A DNA stretch of 33,330 nt from a plasmid: sequence record NZ_CP054625.1, one strand, 5' to 3'. The notes beneath the pieces were generated by a model. It was not told the origin of the DNA, searched no databases, and worked only from the letters and a program-made list of their open reading frames with translations. Positions 16,399 to 29,794 of this stretch are shown here, in pieces; position 1 is the first letter of the stretch, and the number at the start of each line of letters is the position of its first letter. Both the position numbers and the translations under genes were made by a program.

Positions 16399-17185
16399 GC
16401 GGTCGGTCTCCAGAAGAACCAGAAGAAGCGGCGGCGGGCTGGCCGCCGAGCAGGACTTCGGCCAGTGCGAAGTCCTCGGGATAGGTCACCTTGAAATTGC
16501 GCAGCGAGCCGTTGACCAGCCGCGGCTTCAGGCCGAGCCGCTCGATCGCGCTGGCCTCGTCGGTCACGACCGCGCCGCTGGCGAGCGCGTCCTCCAGCGC
16601 CTGACGCAGGACGCCGACGCGGAACATCTGCGGGGTCTGCGCCTGCCACAGCCCTTCGCGCGGCACGGTGCCGCCGATGCGGGACGGCTGCGAGGGATGC
16701 AGCGGTTCCGCATCGGCACGCTTGAGCGTATCGGGTACCGGCACCGCCAGGATGCCGCCGATCGCCGCGTCGGGCCCATCGCCATCGTCCCCTTCGACCG
16801 CGCGGATCAGCGTATCGATCATCAGCGGCGTCAACCCGGGACGGGCGGCGTCGTGGACCAGCACCCAGTCCTGATCCTCGGCGCCGAGCTGGACCAGATG
16901 CCGCAAGCCGTTCAACACCGATTCATGGCGTGACGAGCCGCCGACGAAGGCCGTATCGAAGCGCAGCCCGGCGAAGGCCGCCGAGCCGAAGCGCGCCTCC
17001 AGCGGCAGATCGTCCGGCGCCAGCACCAGCGCGGTCGCGCTGATCGACTCGCAAGCCGAGAACGCGGCGAGCGCATACCAGATCATCGGATGGCCGGCCA
17101 GCTCGCGATACTGCTTGGGCAGGCCCGCGCCCGCGCGGCTGCCACTGCCGGCACAGGGAATCAGGGCAAAACGTCGTTCGGACAT
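16394..17185 (-). CDS. ispD: 2-C-methyl-D-erythritol 4-phosphate cytidylyltransferase IspD
   Basis: The N-terminus [13 protein letters not shown]...PKQY is the IspD nucleotide-binding pattern. Its stop overlaps the ispF start (ATGATG/TGA overlap). Confidence 0.9.
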   Translation of the reverse strand: MSERRFALIPCAGSGSRAGAGLPKQYRELAGHPMIWYALAAFSACESISATALVLAPDDLPLEARFGSAAFAGLRFDTAFVGGSSRHESVLNGLRHLVQLGAEDQDWVLVHDAARPGLTPLMIDTLIRAVEGDDGDGPDAAIGGILAVPVPDTLKRADAEPLHPSQPSRIGGTVPREGLWQAQTPQMFRVGVLRQALEDALASGAVVTDEASAIERLGLKPRLVNGSLRNFKVTYPEDFALAEVLLGGQPAAASSGSSGDRPR

Positions 17186-17273
17186 GCGGCGGACAGGCGG
17201 ATAAGGGAATCGGCGGGCGGCAAGGCAGGCGGCGCCCGAATGTGGCGGCCGATGGCCGGGCGCTGCGCATTCT

Positions 17274-17279
17274 ATAATA
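17274..17279 (+). promoter_or_regulatory. Candidate -10 element TATAAT upstream of mfd
   Basis: It is the only canonical TATAAT in the 160-bp ispD-mfd divergent gap, about 68 nt before the mfd ATG. Confidence 0.3.
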
Positions 17280-17346
17280 CGACCCTCTTCTCGACACCCC
17301 CGCCCGCGTTGCCGGCGGGGCGTCGTCGTTTGATCCGAACCGCTTT

Positions 17347-20832
<3,486 letters not shown>

Positions 20833-20834
20833 CG

Positions 20835-20877
20835 ATGTGCCGGGGGACACGGCGCGGCAAAGTGGACCCCGGCACAT
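20835..20877. repeat. 11-bp inverted repeat (ATGTGCCGGGG ... CCCCGGCACAT) directly after the mfd stop
   Basis: Seen directly. The long loop (21 nt) and absence of a T-tract suggest a REP or weak terminator. Confidence 0.4.
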
Positions 20878-20920
20878 GTCCAGGTGTAGGATCGGACATC
20901 CAACAGCGTGATCCTGCCGC

Positions 20921-22135
20921 ATGCCAGCCCATACCCCTGCTCCCACCGACGCCTTCACGGACATTCCCGAACACGCCGCCCTCGACTGGACCCGCCGGCT
21001 GATCGAGTTCGACACCACCAGCCGCGAATCCAATCTGGGCCTGATCGAGACGGTGCGCGACCACTTCGCCGCCCGCGGCCTGAAGCCCCACCTGAGCTAC
21101 AACCCGCAGCGCAACAAGGCCAATCTGCATGTGACCGTGCCCGCGGCCGACGGCAGCGAGCAGCGCGGCATCGTGCTGTCCGGGCATACCGACGTGGTGC
21201 CGGTCGACGGCCAGGACTGGAGCACCGATCCGTTCCGGCCGGCGCTGCGCGACGGCAAACTGTATGGCCGCGGCGCCTGCGACATGAAGGGCTTCATCGG
21301 CACCAGCCTCGCGCTGCTGCCCACGCTGCTGCAGGCGCGGCTGCGCGAACCGGTGCACTACGCGCTGTCGTTCGACGAAGAAGTCGGCTGCATGGGCGCC
21401 CCCTATCTGATCGACGACCTGCGCGAGCGCGGCATCCAGCCCGCGGGCTGCATCGTCGGCGAGCCGACCAGCATGCGCGTGATCGTCGCCCACAAGGGCA
21501 TCAACGCCTATCGCTGCTGCGTCAAGGGTCAGGCCGCGCATTCGTCGCTGACCCCGCGCGGCGTCAATGCGATCGAATACGCGGCGCGGCTGATCTGCTT
21601 CATCCGCGACCTCGCCGACGAGTTCCGCGCCAAGGGGCCCTACGACGATGCGTTCGACGTGCCCTTCACCACCGCATCGACCGGCACGATCCAGGGCGGC
21701 ATCGCGCTGAACACGATTCCCGCGCTGTGCGAGTTCGTGTTCGAGTACCGCAACCTGCCGGGCGTCGATCCGGAGGCGATCCGCGCGCGCATCGAGGCCT
21801 ATGCCAACGACGTGCTGCTGCCGCGCATGCGCGCCGAGCATGCCGACGCGGACCTGAGCATCACGCGCATCGCCGCGGCGCCGGCGCTCGACGCCGCCGA
21901 GCGCGATGCGATCACGCAGCTGGTGCGCGCGCTGACCGGTGACAACGCGATCAGCAAGGTCGCCTACGCCACCGAGGGCGGGCTGTTCCAGCGCGCCGGC
22001 ATCCCGGCCGTGGTCTGCGGCCCCGGCGACATCCAGCAGGCCCACAAGGCCGACGAGTTCGTCGCGCTGGAGCAGCTCGCGCAATGCGAGGCCTTCCTGC
22101 ACAAGGTTGTCGACAGCCTGCGCCTCGCGGCCTGA
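20921..22135 (+). CDS. argE: Acetylornithine deacetylase (ArgE-like) M20 metallopeptidase
   Basis: LSGHTDVVPVDGQDWSTDPF...DGKLYGRGACDMKG is the ArgE/DapE signature. Confidence 0.75.
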   Translation: MPAHTPAPTDAFTDIPEHAALDWTRRLIEFDTTSRESNLGLIETVRDHFAARGLKPHLSYNPQRNKANLHVTVPAADGSEQRGIVLSGHTDVVPVDGQDWSTDPFRPALRDGKLYGRGACDMKGFIGTSLALLPTLLQARLREPVHYALSFDEEVGCMGAPYLIDDLRERGIQPAGCIVGEPTSMRVIVAHKGINAYRCCVKGQAAHSSLTPRGVNAIEYAARLICFIRDLADEFRAKGPYDDAFDVPFTTASTGTIQGGIALNTIPALCEFVFEYRNLPGVDPEAIRARIEAYANDVLLPRMRAEHADADLSITRIAAAPALDAAERDAITQLVRALTGDNAISKVAYATEGGLFQRAGIPAVVCGPGDIQQAHKADEFVALEQLAQCEAFLHKVVDSLRLAA

Positions 22136-22319
22136 CGGTTCCCGTCGGGACACCACGACAGCCACGACACCCAACCCCGCGGGCGCGGCGCGCCTGCTCA
22201 CCGATGGCCTGAACGGCCGGGCCGCGCATGGTCCGGCCGGAATCTCAAGGGGCACGCAGAGGCCCCGTTGCAGAACCTATCGCAACACCAACCACAACGA
22301 CACCAAAGGAGAACTCCAC

Positions 22320-23753
22320 ATGGCAGCACGCCGCTCCCCCGCTTTCGCTCCCAGCCAACGATTCCTGACGCTGCCGGCCGCCTTGTCCGCGCTGGCGGCG
22401 GCCGCCGGCCTGCTGTGCGGCTCCGCGCTGCTTTCGCCGGCGCTGGCACAGACCGCCACGCCTGCCGCGGCGCAGAGCCTGGCAAGCAGCGGCGACCCTG
22501 CCCTGCACGCGCAGATCGAGACGCGCGCCAAGGCGGCCGAGGCCCGGCTGATCGCCTGGCGGCGCGACATCCACCAGCATCCGGAGCTCGGCAACTACGA
22601 GACGCGCACCGCGAAGCTGGTCGCCGACCACCTGCGCAAGCTCGGCATGGACGTCAAGACCGGCGTCGCCAAGACCGGCGTGGTGGGCCTGCTCAAGGGC
22701 GGCAAGCCCGGGCCGGTGGTGGCGCTGCGCGCCGACATGGACGCGCTGCCGGTCAAGGAGCGCGTCGACGTGCCGTTCGCCTCGAAGGCCAAGGGCAAGT
22801 ACCTCGGCAAGGAGGTCGACGTGATGCATGCCTGCGGCCACGACACCCACGTCGCGATCCTGATGGCGACCGCCGAGGTGCTGGCCGGGATGAAGGACCA
22901 GCTGCCCGGCACCGTCAAGTTCATCTTCCAGCCGGCCGAGGAAAGCCCGGCGGACATCGAGCCGGACGGCACCAATATCTGGGGCGCGAAGCAGATGGTG
23001 GCCGAGGGCGTGCTGGAGAACCCGAAGGTCGATGCGATCTTCGGCCTGCATGTCAGCAGCGGCATCGAGTCGGGCAAGCTGGCCTGGCGCAGCGGGCCGG
23101 CGATGGCCGCCGCCGACCAGTTCTGGATCGACGTCAAGGGCCGCCAGACCCATGGCGCGCGCCCGTGGGGCGGCATCGACCCGATCGTGGTGTCGTCGCA
23201 GATCGTGCTCGGTCTGCAGACGATCCAGAGCCGGCAGGTCAATGCAATGCTGGAGCCGTCGGTGATCACCGTCGGCACGATCCACGGCGGCAACCGCATG
23301 AACATCGTGCCGGAGAAGGTCGAGATGATGGGCACCATCCGCACCTATGACGAGGGCATGAAGAAGGACATCCATGCGCGGATGAAGCGCACCACCGAGT
23401 CGATCGCGGCCAGTTCCGGCGCCGAGGCGACCTTCCGCGTGGTCGAGCTCTACAACGCGACCGTCAACCAGCCCGCGCTGACCGAGAAGATGGCGCCGAC
23501 GCTCAAGCGCGTGGCCGGCGACGGCAACTGGATGCTGGCGCCCAAGGCCACCGCGTCGGAGGACTTCTCGTTCTACCAGGAGAAGGTGCCGGGCCTGTTC
23601 TTCAATCTCGGCGTGACGCCGAAGGGCACCGATGTCACCAAGGCGCCGTCGAACCACTCGCCGGAGTTCTACGTCGATGAGCCGGCGCTGATCCATGGCG
23701 TGCGGGCGCTGTCGAACCTGACGGTCGACTACATGACGATGGCCCAGCGCTAA
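22320..23753 (+). CDS. Secreted M20D-family amidohydrolase (hippurate hydrolase or aminoacylase type)
   Basis: An ATG preceded by AAAGGAGA, then the signal peptide MAARRSPAF...LLSPALAQ. The M20D metal-binding motifs MHACGHDTH and FQPAEE are present. Confidence 0.8.
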   Translation: MAARRSPAFAPSQRFLTLPAALSALAAAAGLLCGSALLSPALAQTATPAAAQSLASSGDPALHAQIETRAKAAEARLIAWRRDIHQHPELGNYETRTAKLVADHLRKLGMDVKTGVAKTGVVGLLKGGKPGPVVALRADMDALPVKERVDVPFASKAKGKYLGKEVDVMHACGHDTHVAILMATAEVLAGMKDQLPGTVKFIFQPAEESPADIEPDGTNIWGAKQMVAEGVLENPKVDAIFGLHVSSGIESGKLAWRSGPAMAAADQFWIDVKGRQTHGARPWGGIDPIVVSSQIVLGLQTIQSRQVNAMLEPSVITVGTIHGGNRMNIVPEKVEMMGTIRTYDEGMKKDIHARMKRTTESIAASSGAEATFRVVELYNATVNQPALTEKMAPTLKRVAGDGNWMLAPKATASEDFSFYQEKVPGLFFNLGVTPKGTDVTKAPSNHSPEFYVDEPALIHGVRALSNLTVDYMTMAQR

Positions 23754-23859
23754 GGGGCCGGGCGGGCCGGGCGCAGGGGCAGGCGCGGGACGATTACAAT
23801 AGCGTCCTTTCACCGCCGCCCCTGCCCCGTACGGGGCGGCGCATGCATCCGACCCGTCC

Positions 23860-24714
23860 ATGCCCCTGATTGTCCAAAGCCTCCAACCCATCGCCTCCCA
23901 GGATATCGACACGCTGCGCGCGCTTGCCGACGCGCCCGGCCTGAGCCTGCGCGCCGACACCGTCGCCACGGCCGAGGCCTGCGCGCCGCTCGACGACCGG
24001 CTGCGCGATGCGCTGGAGACGTTCTGCGAGCCGCGCCGGCTCGACTGGGCGGTGCTGCCGACGCACCGGACCCTGTCCGACTTCCGGCTGGTCGCGATGG
24101 ACATGGATTCGACGCTGATCACGATCGAGTGCATCGACGAGATCGCCGATTTCTGCGGCCTGAAGGCCGAGGTCTCGGCGATCACCGAGGCGGCGATGCG
24201 CGGCGAGATCACCGACTTCAACGAAAGCCTGCGGCGCCGCGTCGCGCTGCTCAAGGGGCTCGATGCCAGCGTGCTGGACCGCGTCTACGAGGAACGGCTG
24301 CGGCTGTCGCCGGGCGCCGAGCGGATGCTCGAGGCCGCGCGCGCCGCGGGCCTGCGTACGCTGCTGGTATCGGGCGGCTTCGTGCACTTCACCGAGAAGC
24401 TGAAGGCCCGGCTGGGCCTCGATTACGCCCGCGCCAATACGCTCGAGATCGTCGACGGCAAGCTGACCGGCCGCGTCGAGGGCGAGATCGTCAATGCCGA
24501 GGTCAAGGCCCGCACCGTGCGCGAGACCTGCGAAGCGATCGGCGCCGATCCGCGCCAGGCGATCGTGATGGGCGACGGCTCGAACGACCTGAAGATGATG
24601 GCGATCGCCGGCCTGTCGGTCGCGTTCCGCGCCAAGCCGGTGGTACGCGCGCAGGCCAGCGTGGCGTTCAACCATGTCGGGCTCGATGGGTTGTTGAATC
24701 TGTTCGCGGCTTGA
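23860..24714 (+). CDS. serB: Phosphoserine phosphatase SerB
   Basis: The HAD motif I VAMDMDSTLI plus GDGSNDL motif III, after an N-terminal ACT-like regulatory region. Confidence 0.9.
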   Translation: MPLIVQSLQPIASQDIDTLRALADAPGLSLRADTVATAEACAPLDDRLRDALETFCEPRRLDWAVLPTHRTLSDFRLVAMDMDSTLITIECIDEIADFCGLKAEVSAITEAAMRGEITDFNESLRRRVALLKGLDASVLDRVYEERLRLSPGAERMLEAARAAGLRTLLVSGGFVHFTEKLKARLGLDYARANTLEIVDGKLTGRVEGEIVNAEVKARTVRETCEAIGADPRQAIVMGDGSNDLKMMAIAGLSVAFRAKPVVRAQASVAFNHVGLDGLLNLFAA

Positions 24715-24792
24715 CCTCAGTCGACCTCAGTCGACCTCAGTCGACCTCTGTCGGCCTTTGTCGACCTCTGTCGGCGGACCTCTCTGCCGACC
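24713..24792. repeat. 10-bp tandem repeat (GACCTCAGTC-like), 7-8 copies, overlapping the serB stop codon
   Basis: gacctcagtc x3, then gacctctgtc, ggcctttgtc, gacctctgtc, ggcggacctc, tctgccgacc. Confidence 0.8.
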
Positions 24793-24833
24793 AGGCTCCG
24801 TAGTCTCCTGCCGCCGCATTGCCCTGTCCCCAA

Positions 24834-24949
24834 CCCTCTCCCGCAAGCGGGAGAGGGAGAACGCCGCCGGTGTCGGCGACCCCATCCCCGCTCCGTAACG
24901 CTTCCCGCCTCCGCCACCCGGCCCCCTCTCCCGCTTGCGGCAGAGGGGC
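24834..24949. repeat. Pair of REP-like GC palindromes (CCCTCTCCCGC-nn-GCGGGAGAGGG at 24834-24857, and a near-copy at 24921-24949)
   Basis: The first is a perfect 11-bp stem with a 2-nt loop. The second, cccctctcccgc ttg cggcagagggg, has one mismatch. They are 64 bp apart. Confidence 0.5.
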
Positions 24950-24974
24950 TTGAGCAGTGGCAAGCCGCACCCGT

Positions 24975-25074
24975 CACCGCGTCTTCCAATACATTGCAAA
25001 CAATATCAATAACTTGCATCGTCAAATACGAATCATTACCATTTGTGTTTTGAATTCCGTAACAAAATATTGGC
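24975..25074 (+). promoter_or_regulatory. About 100-bp AT-rich island (unusual in this GC-rich DNA) with Fur-box-like motifs, placed as the promoter of the iron-uptake operon
   Basis: aatacattgcaaacaatatcaataacttgcatcgtcaaatacgaatcattaccatttgtgttttgaattccgtaacaaaatattgg. GAATCATTACC matches 9 of 11 positions of the Fur consensus half TAATCATTATC. A TonB-dependent receptor and PepSY gene downstream fit Fur control. Confidence 0.45.
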
Positions 25075-25351
25075 GATGCAACTCTTTGCCGCTCTTCTCG
25101 GCCTGGCGGGCGCTGCCTGCCTGTATCTGGCCGGTCCCAACCAGGTGCTGCTGCGCCGGCCGCCCCAACGCCGGATGATGGTGTGGCTCGGCATCGTGCT
25201 GACGTCGGCCGGCGCGGTCGGCTGGTCGGTCGAGCACAGCTGGCCCTCTTCGATCGCCGCGACGCTGGCCACGCTCGGCACCGGCCTGTCGCTGTGGCCC
25301 TTCCTTGGCTGTTATCTGCACAAGCGCCGCGGCGGCGAGGAGGCGGCATGA
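25075..25351 (+). CDS. Small three-TM inner-membrane protein of the PepSY/TonB iron-uptake operon (DUF3325-like, tentative)
   Basis: MQLFAALLGLAGAACLYLAGPNQVLL...; hydrophobic, 91 aa, first gene after the AT-rich promoter. Confidence 0.5.
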
Positions 25352-25632
25352 ACGGCGGCATCGGTACCAAATGGCTGGCCGGCACCCTGCTCGGCTTTCC
25401 GCTGTCGCTGGCGGTCTGCACGCTGGCGATCCTGTGGCTGCCGGGCGGCTGGCAGAGCGGCATCATCGGCGCGGTGACCGCCAGCCTGCCGCTGTGGGTC
25501 GCGATCATCAGCACCAGCCTGCTGTTTTCCAGCAGCCGCGCCGCCTGGCTCTGGCTTGGCGCGGCCAATCTGATCTGTTTCGGTGCGTTGTGGGGATGGC
25601 GGCTGATGGCCGTGCCCGGCGCGGCCGCGTAA
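25348..25632 (+). CDS. Small three-TM inner-membrane protein (hypothetical), start overlapping the previous stop as ATGA
   Basis: MNGGIGTKWLAGTLLGFPLSLAVCTLAILWL...; 94 aa and hydrophobic. Confidence 0.5.
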   Translation: MNGGIGTKWLAGTLLGFPLSLAVCTLAILWLPGGWQSGIIGAVTASLPLWVAIISTSLLFSSSRAAWLWLGAANLICFGALWGWRLMAVPGAAA

Positions 25633-25642
25633 GGAGTTGGCC

Positions 25643-27274
25643 ATGAAGGCTGCAACGCTGCGCGTTTATCAGACGCTGCATACCTGGGTCGGCCTGATGG
25701 CCGGCTGGGCCCTGTTCATCGCGTTCTTCGCCGGCGCGATCACGGTGTTCCACCACGAGCTGCACGAGTGGCAGTCGCCGGCGCGTATCCGCGGCGAAAC
25801 CCACACCGCCGCCAAGCCGTCGCCCGAGGACCTGGACCGCTTCGTCGCCACGCTGGTCAAGGCCCATCCCGAGGCCGCGGCCAGCGTCTATATCGGCCTG
25901 CCGACCGAAGGCGAGCCGCACACCACTGCCTACTGGATGGACGCCAAGGGCGAGTGGCAGACCACCAACGAGGAGAAGCTCGGCGCGGGCCGGACCTCGC
26001 CGCAGGACACCTCGCTCGACGGCGTGCGCGGCGAGCTGTCGAACTTCCTGAACGCCCTGCACTACACGCTGGGCCTGCCGATGCAGGCCGGCATGCATTT
26101 CATGGGCGTGGTGTCGGTGCTGTACGGGCTGGCGCTGGTTTCCGGCGTGCTGCTGCATCTGCCGCGGCTGAAGAAGGACCTGTTTGCCGTGCGCCCGGGC
26201 CGCAACCTGAAGCGCTTCTGGATGGACGCGCACAACGTGATCGGCCTGTTCAGCCTGCCCTTCCATCTGGTCATCGCGATCACCGGCGCGCTGTTCTGCG
26301 TGTCGATGACGCTGACGATGGCCTTCAACGTGCTGACCTTCGACGGCAAGCTGATGTCGGCCCTGCCTACCGCAATGTCGTCGGTGCCGGAGGTGCAGGC
26401 GGCCGGCAAGCCGGCGCCGCTGATGCCGGCGCGCGAACTGATCGAGATCGCGCAGCGCACCGCCGGCGACGGCTTCAAGCCGAATTCCGTCCGTTATCAG
26501 CGTGTGGGCGACGCCAATGCGCTGATCGAAGTGCGCGGCGACAGCGAGCGCGCGCTCGGCAATTTCGGCTCGGTCGGCATCCATGCCGCCGCCGGCCAGC
26601 CCGACAGCGGGCGCGTGATCGCCAATCAGACCGCCAGCGGGCGGGACGCCAACCATGGCCTGTACAGCGCGCTGTTCGCGCTGCATTTCGGCACCTACGG
26701 CGACCTGGCGCTGCGGCTGGTCTATCTGATCGCCGGGCTGGCGGGGGCCTTCCTGTTCTACTCGGGCAATCTGCTGTGGATCGAGTCGCGCCGCAAGGCA
26801 CGCCAGGCCGAGCAGCCGCGCGTGCACCGGCTGCTGGCGCAGGCCACGGTCGGCGTCTGCATCGGCTGCTGTGTCGGCGTGGCGGTGGCCTTCACCGGCG
26901 CGCTGCTGTGGCCCGAGCGTCCGTCGTCGTTTGTCTACTTCCCGGTGTTCTTCGCCGCGCTGGCCTGGGCGCTGCTGCGTCCGCCCGTGCGCGCCGCGAT
27001 CGAGCTGCTGTACGCGGCGGCGCTGGCCTATCTGGCGGTACCGGTGGCCAACGCGATCCTGACCGGCGACCATCTGCTGCGCAGCGTGCGGCAAGGCGAA
27101 TGGGCCGTCGCCGGCTTCGACATCGGCGCGCTGGTGTTCGCGGTCGGCTTCGTCGCGCTGGCACGCGCCACGCAGCGCCGTGCCCGCACCGGCCCCGCCG
27201 ACTCGGTATGGGCGCCGCGCCCGAGCCGCGGCGATCCGGGCCCGTCGGCGCCGCCGGTGGTCGACACGCCGTAA
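25643..27274 (+). CDS. PepSY-associated TM-helix protein (PiuB-like iron-regulated membrane protein)
   Basis: An N-terminal TM segment, periplasmic region and further TM helices arranged as in PepSY_TM proteins. AAGGAG lies 6 nt before the ATG at 25643. Confidence 0.8.
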   Translation: MKAATLRVYQTLHTWVGLMAGWALFIAFFAGAITVFHHELHEWQSPARIRGETHTAAKPSPEDLDRFVATLVKAHPEAAASVYIGLPTEGEPHTTAYWMDAKGEWQTTNEEKLGAGRTSPQDTSLDGVRGELSNFLNALHYTLGLPMQAGMHFMGVVSVLYGLALVSGVLLHLPRLKKDLFAVRPGRNLKRFWMDAHNVIGLFSLPFHLVIAITGALFCVSMTLTMAFNVLTFDGKLMSALPTAMSSVPEVQAAGKPAPLMPARELIEIAQRTAGDGFKPNSVRYQRVGDANALIEVRGDSERALGNFGSVGIHAAAGQPDSGRVIANQTASGRDANHGLYSALFALHFGTYGDLALRLVYLIAGLAGAFLFYSGNLLWIESRRKARQAEQPRVHRLLAQATVGVCIGCCVGVAVAFTGALLWPERPSSFVYFPVFFAALAWALLRPPVRAAIELLYAAALAYLAVPVANAILTGDHLLRSVRQGEWAVAGFDIGALVFAVGFVALARATQRRARTGPADSVWAPRPSRGDPGPSAPPVVDTP

Positions 27275-27484
27275 CACCGGCCGCACCGGGCCTCCCCGGT
27301 GCCCCCACCGCACCCACCGAGGCGCGGCAGGGCCGAGCGGCGCGGTTCCCGGCGCCGCGGCCCACAACACCACCCCCCACCCAATCTGCACAGCTCCCAG
27401 GCGCACGCGGTCCCCCGTGGCGTCCGGGGAGCCGTGCGCGTTCGCATAACGCATTCGCATCACGACCGAAGAGGAAATCGAGCC

Positions 27485-29698
27485 ATGTCCAACCCTCGCC
27501 GCGGCCGCCCCGCGCTGACACCGCTGGCGCGCCAGCTTGCCCTGATCGTCGCCGTCGGCGGCGCCGCCACGCCGGCGCTCGCGCAGAACGCCACGGGCAC
27601 CGCCGCCGTTCCACCTACCCCCGCTGCCACACCCACCGCCACCGCGCAGGCCGAACTGCCGACCGTCCACGTCACCGCCGGCAGCGAGCCCGCCTATCGC
27701 GCCCGCGACGCCAGCACCGGCGCCCTCGGCGACAAGCCGCTGCAGGACACGCCGTTCTCGGTGTCGGTGGTGCCGCAGGAGCTGATCGAGAACCGCCAGG
27801 CCATCACGCTGGGCGACGTGTTCCGCGGCGATCCGTCGGTCGCGCCGATCGGCGACGGCTATATCGGCGAGTCGGCGGGTTTGACGATCCGTGGCCTGCA
27901 TCTCGATCTGCTCGAGGGCTACAAGATCGACGGCCTCGCCATCCCGAACTGGGGCAGCGACGTGCCGCTCGAACACTTCGAACGCGTCGAGCTGCTCAAG
28001 GGCCTCGGCGGCTTCATGTACGGCTTCGGCGCACCGGGCGGCATCGCCAACTTCGTCACCAAGCGCCCCACCTCGAAATTCGCCGGCAGCGCGACGCTCG
28101 GCTATGTCTCGGACGGGGTGCTGCGCGAGTCGATCGACGTCGGCGGCCGCTTCGGCGCGAACGACATGTTCGGCGCGCGCGCCGGCTTCGTGCACGAGGA
28201 AGGCGACACCTTCGTCGACGGCGGCCATATCAAGCGCGATTCCGCCTCGGTGGCGCTCGACGCAAGGCTGAGCCCCAACCTGCGCTGGTCGCTCGACGGC
28301 CTCTACCAGCAGCGCAACGTCAAGGGCGCCTACTACGGCATCATCCCCGGCCAGGACTTCGGCGCGCCGGTGACCGAATTCGTCCACACGCCCCGCACGC
28401 TCGACGGCAGCCAGCGCGTGGCGAGCAAGGGCACCTATTACGAGACCGAGATCAAGAGCATCGGCACGGAGCTCAACTGGGGCTTCGCCGACGACTGGAA
28501 CCTGCGCACCTCGTACCGCTTCACGCAGCAGAACCGCGGCAACGCCGACAGCGCGATCCTGCTGCTGGACAACGCCGGCAACTACGCCGAGAACCAGTAC
28601 AGCTCGTACTCGCGCTACCACTATCAGCACGCCCAGACGATGGCGACCGGCAAGGTCCGCACCGGCAGCATCGAGCACGACATCGCCGCGGGCCTGTCGT
28701 GGCAGAGCCTGGTGCAGAACTGGGGCAGCTTCGCCGGCGGCGGCATCATCGGCTACGGCAATCTGTACGATCCCGGCCAGTTCGTGCCGACCGGCCTGCC
28801 GCTGTCGCGCGTGCCGTCGTCGGACGTGCTGTACCGCGCGTCGAAGATCGAGCAGAAGTCCGTCTTCTTCAGCGACACGATCAAGTTCAACGAGCAGTGG
28901 TCGGTACTGGCTGGCCTGCGCTACACGCGCTACGACCAGACCGGCTACACGCCGGAGGGCGCGATCTCGAGCACCTACAGGAAGTCGCCGCTGACGCCGA
29001 CCGTCGCGCTGATGTACAAGCCGGTGCAGCCGCTGACGCTGTACGGCAGCTATGTCGAATCGCTCGAAGCCGGAGGCTCCGCACCGCTGACCGCGCGCAA
29101 CGCGGGCGAGGTGTTCGGTCCGCTCAAGAGCCGCCAGTACGAGATCGGCGCCAAGGCCGAACTGGAGGACTGGACCATCAATGCGGCGCTGTTCCAGATC
29201 CAGCGCGGCCTGAACTACCTTCGCAACGACAACGTCTACACGCAGGATGGCGAGACCCGCTATCGCGGCATCGAACTGTCGGCCCGCGGCAAGCTCGCGC
29301 GCGACTGGACGCTGATGGGCGGCGTCACGCTGCTCGATTCGGAGAACGTCGAAGCTTCGCCAGACGTGCTGGGCAAGCGGGCCTACAGCGCGCCGACCTT
29401 CAAGGCCACCGCCTACATCGAGTACGCGGTACCGCCCGTGCCCGGCCTGGTGCTGACCGCCGGCGGCCAGTACGTGTCGAAGATGGCGCTGGAGGCGAAC
29501 AACAGCAACTGGGTGCCGGCGTACCACACCTTCGATGCGGGTATCCGCTATTCGACCAAGCTGGGCAAGACGCCGGCGGTGTTCCGGCTGGTGGTCGACA
29601 ACCTGACCAACGAGAAGTACTGGCTGCCAAGCTACGGCTTCATCCTGACCCAGGGTGCGCCGCGTACGGTGCGGGCCAGCGCGACGTTCAGCTTCTGA
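27485..29698 (+). CDS. TonB-dependent outer-membrane siderophore receptor
   Basis: Signal peptide; a TonB-box region (ELPTVHVTA); the plug domain (FSVSVVPQELIENRQAITLGDVFR...TIRG); a 22-strand barrel ending with the C-terminal aromatic ...RASATFSF. Confidence 0.9.
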   Translation: MSNPRRGRPALTPLARQLALIVAVGGAATPALAQNATGTAAVPPTPAATPTATAQAELPTVHVTAGSEPAYRARDASTGALGDKPLQDTPFSVSVVPQELIENRQAITLGDVFRGDPSVAPIGDGYIGESAGLTIRGLHLDLLEGYKIDGLAIPNWGSDVPLEHFERVELLKGLGGFMYGFGAPGGIANFVTKRPTSKFAGSATLGYVSDGVLRESIDVGGRFGANDMFGARAGFVHEEGDTFVDGGHIKRDSASVALDARLSPNLRWSLDGLYQQRNVKGAYYGIIPGQDFGAPVTEFVHTPRTLDGSQRVASKGTYYETEIKSIGTELNWGFADDWNLRTSYRFTQQNRGNADSAILLLDNAGNYAENQYSSYSRYHYQHAQTMATGKVRTGSIEHDIAAGLSWQSLVQNWGSFAGGGIIGYGNLYDPGQFVPTGLPLSRVPSSDVLYRASKIEQKSVFFSDTIKFNEQWSVLAGLRYTRYDQTGYTPEGAISSTYRKSPLTPTVALMYKPVQPLTLYGSYVESLEAGGSAPLTARNAGEVFGPLKSRQYEIGAKAELEDWTINAALFQIQRGLNYLRNDNVYTQDGETRYRGIELSARGKLARDWTLMGGVTLLDSENVEASPDVLGKRAYSAPTFKATAYIEYAVPPVPGLVLTAGGQYVSKMALEANNSNWVPAYHTFDAGIRYSTKLGKTPAVFRLVVDNLTNEKYWLPSYGFILTQGAPRTVRASATFSF

Positions 29699-29741
29699 CG
29701 TGGTGCCGTCGCGGCAGCAAGACGCAAGCAGAAACGAGGAA

Positions 29742-29770
29742 GGCGGACCGGTGGGTCCGCCGTGTTGTCG
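29742..29770. terminator. Bidirectional terminator-like hairpin between the convergent TonB-receptor and Rpn genes
   Basis: ggcggacc ggtg ggtccgcc followed by gtgttgtcg. Confidence 0.5.
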
Positions 29771-29794
29771 CGCTGGTCCTTGGCGAGGGTCGCG

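Noticed and set aside
23770-23860. GC-rich short hairpins (ccccgtacgggg) between the secreted amidohydrolase and serB, as candidate terminators.
   Set aside because: The stems are only 5-6 bp with no U-tract. They are indistinguishable from background GC-rich self-complementarity.
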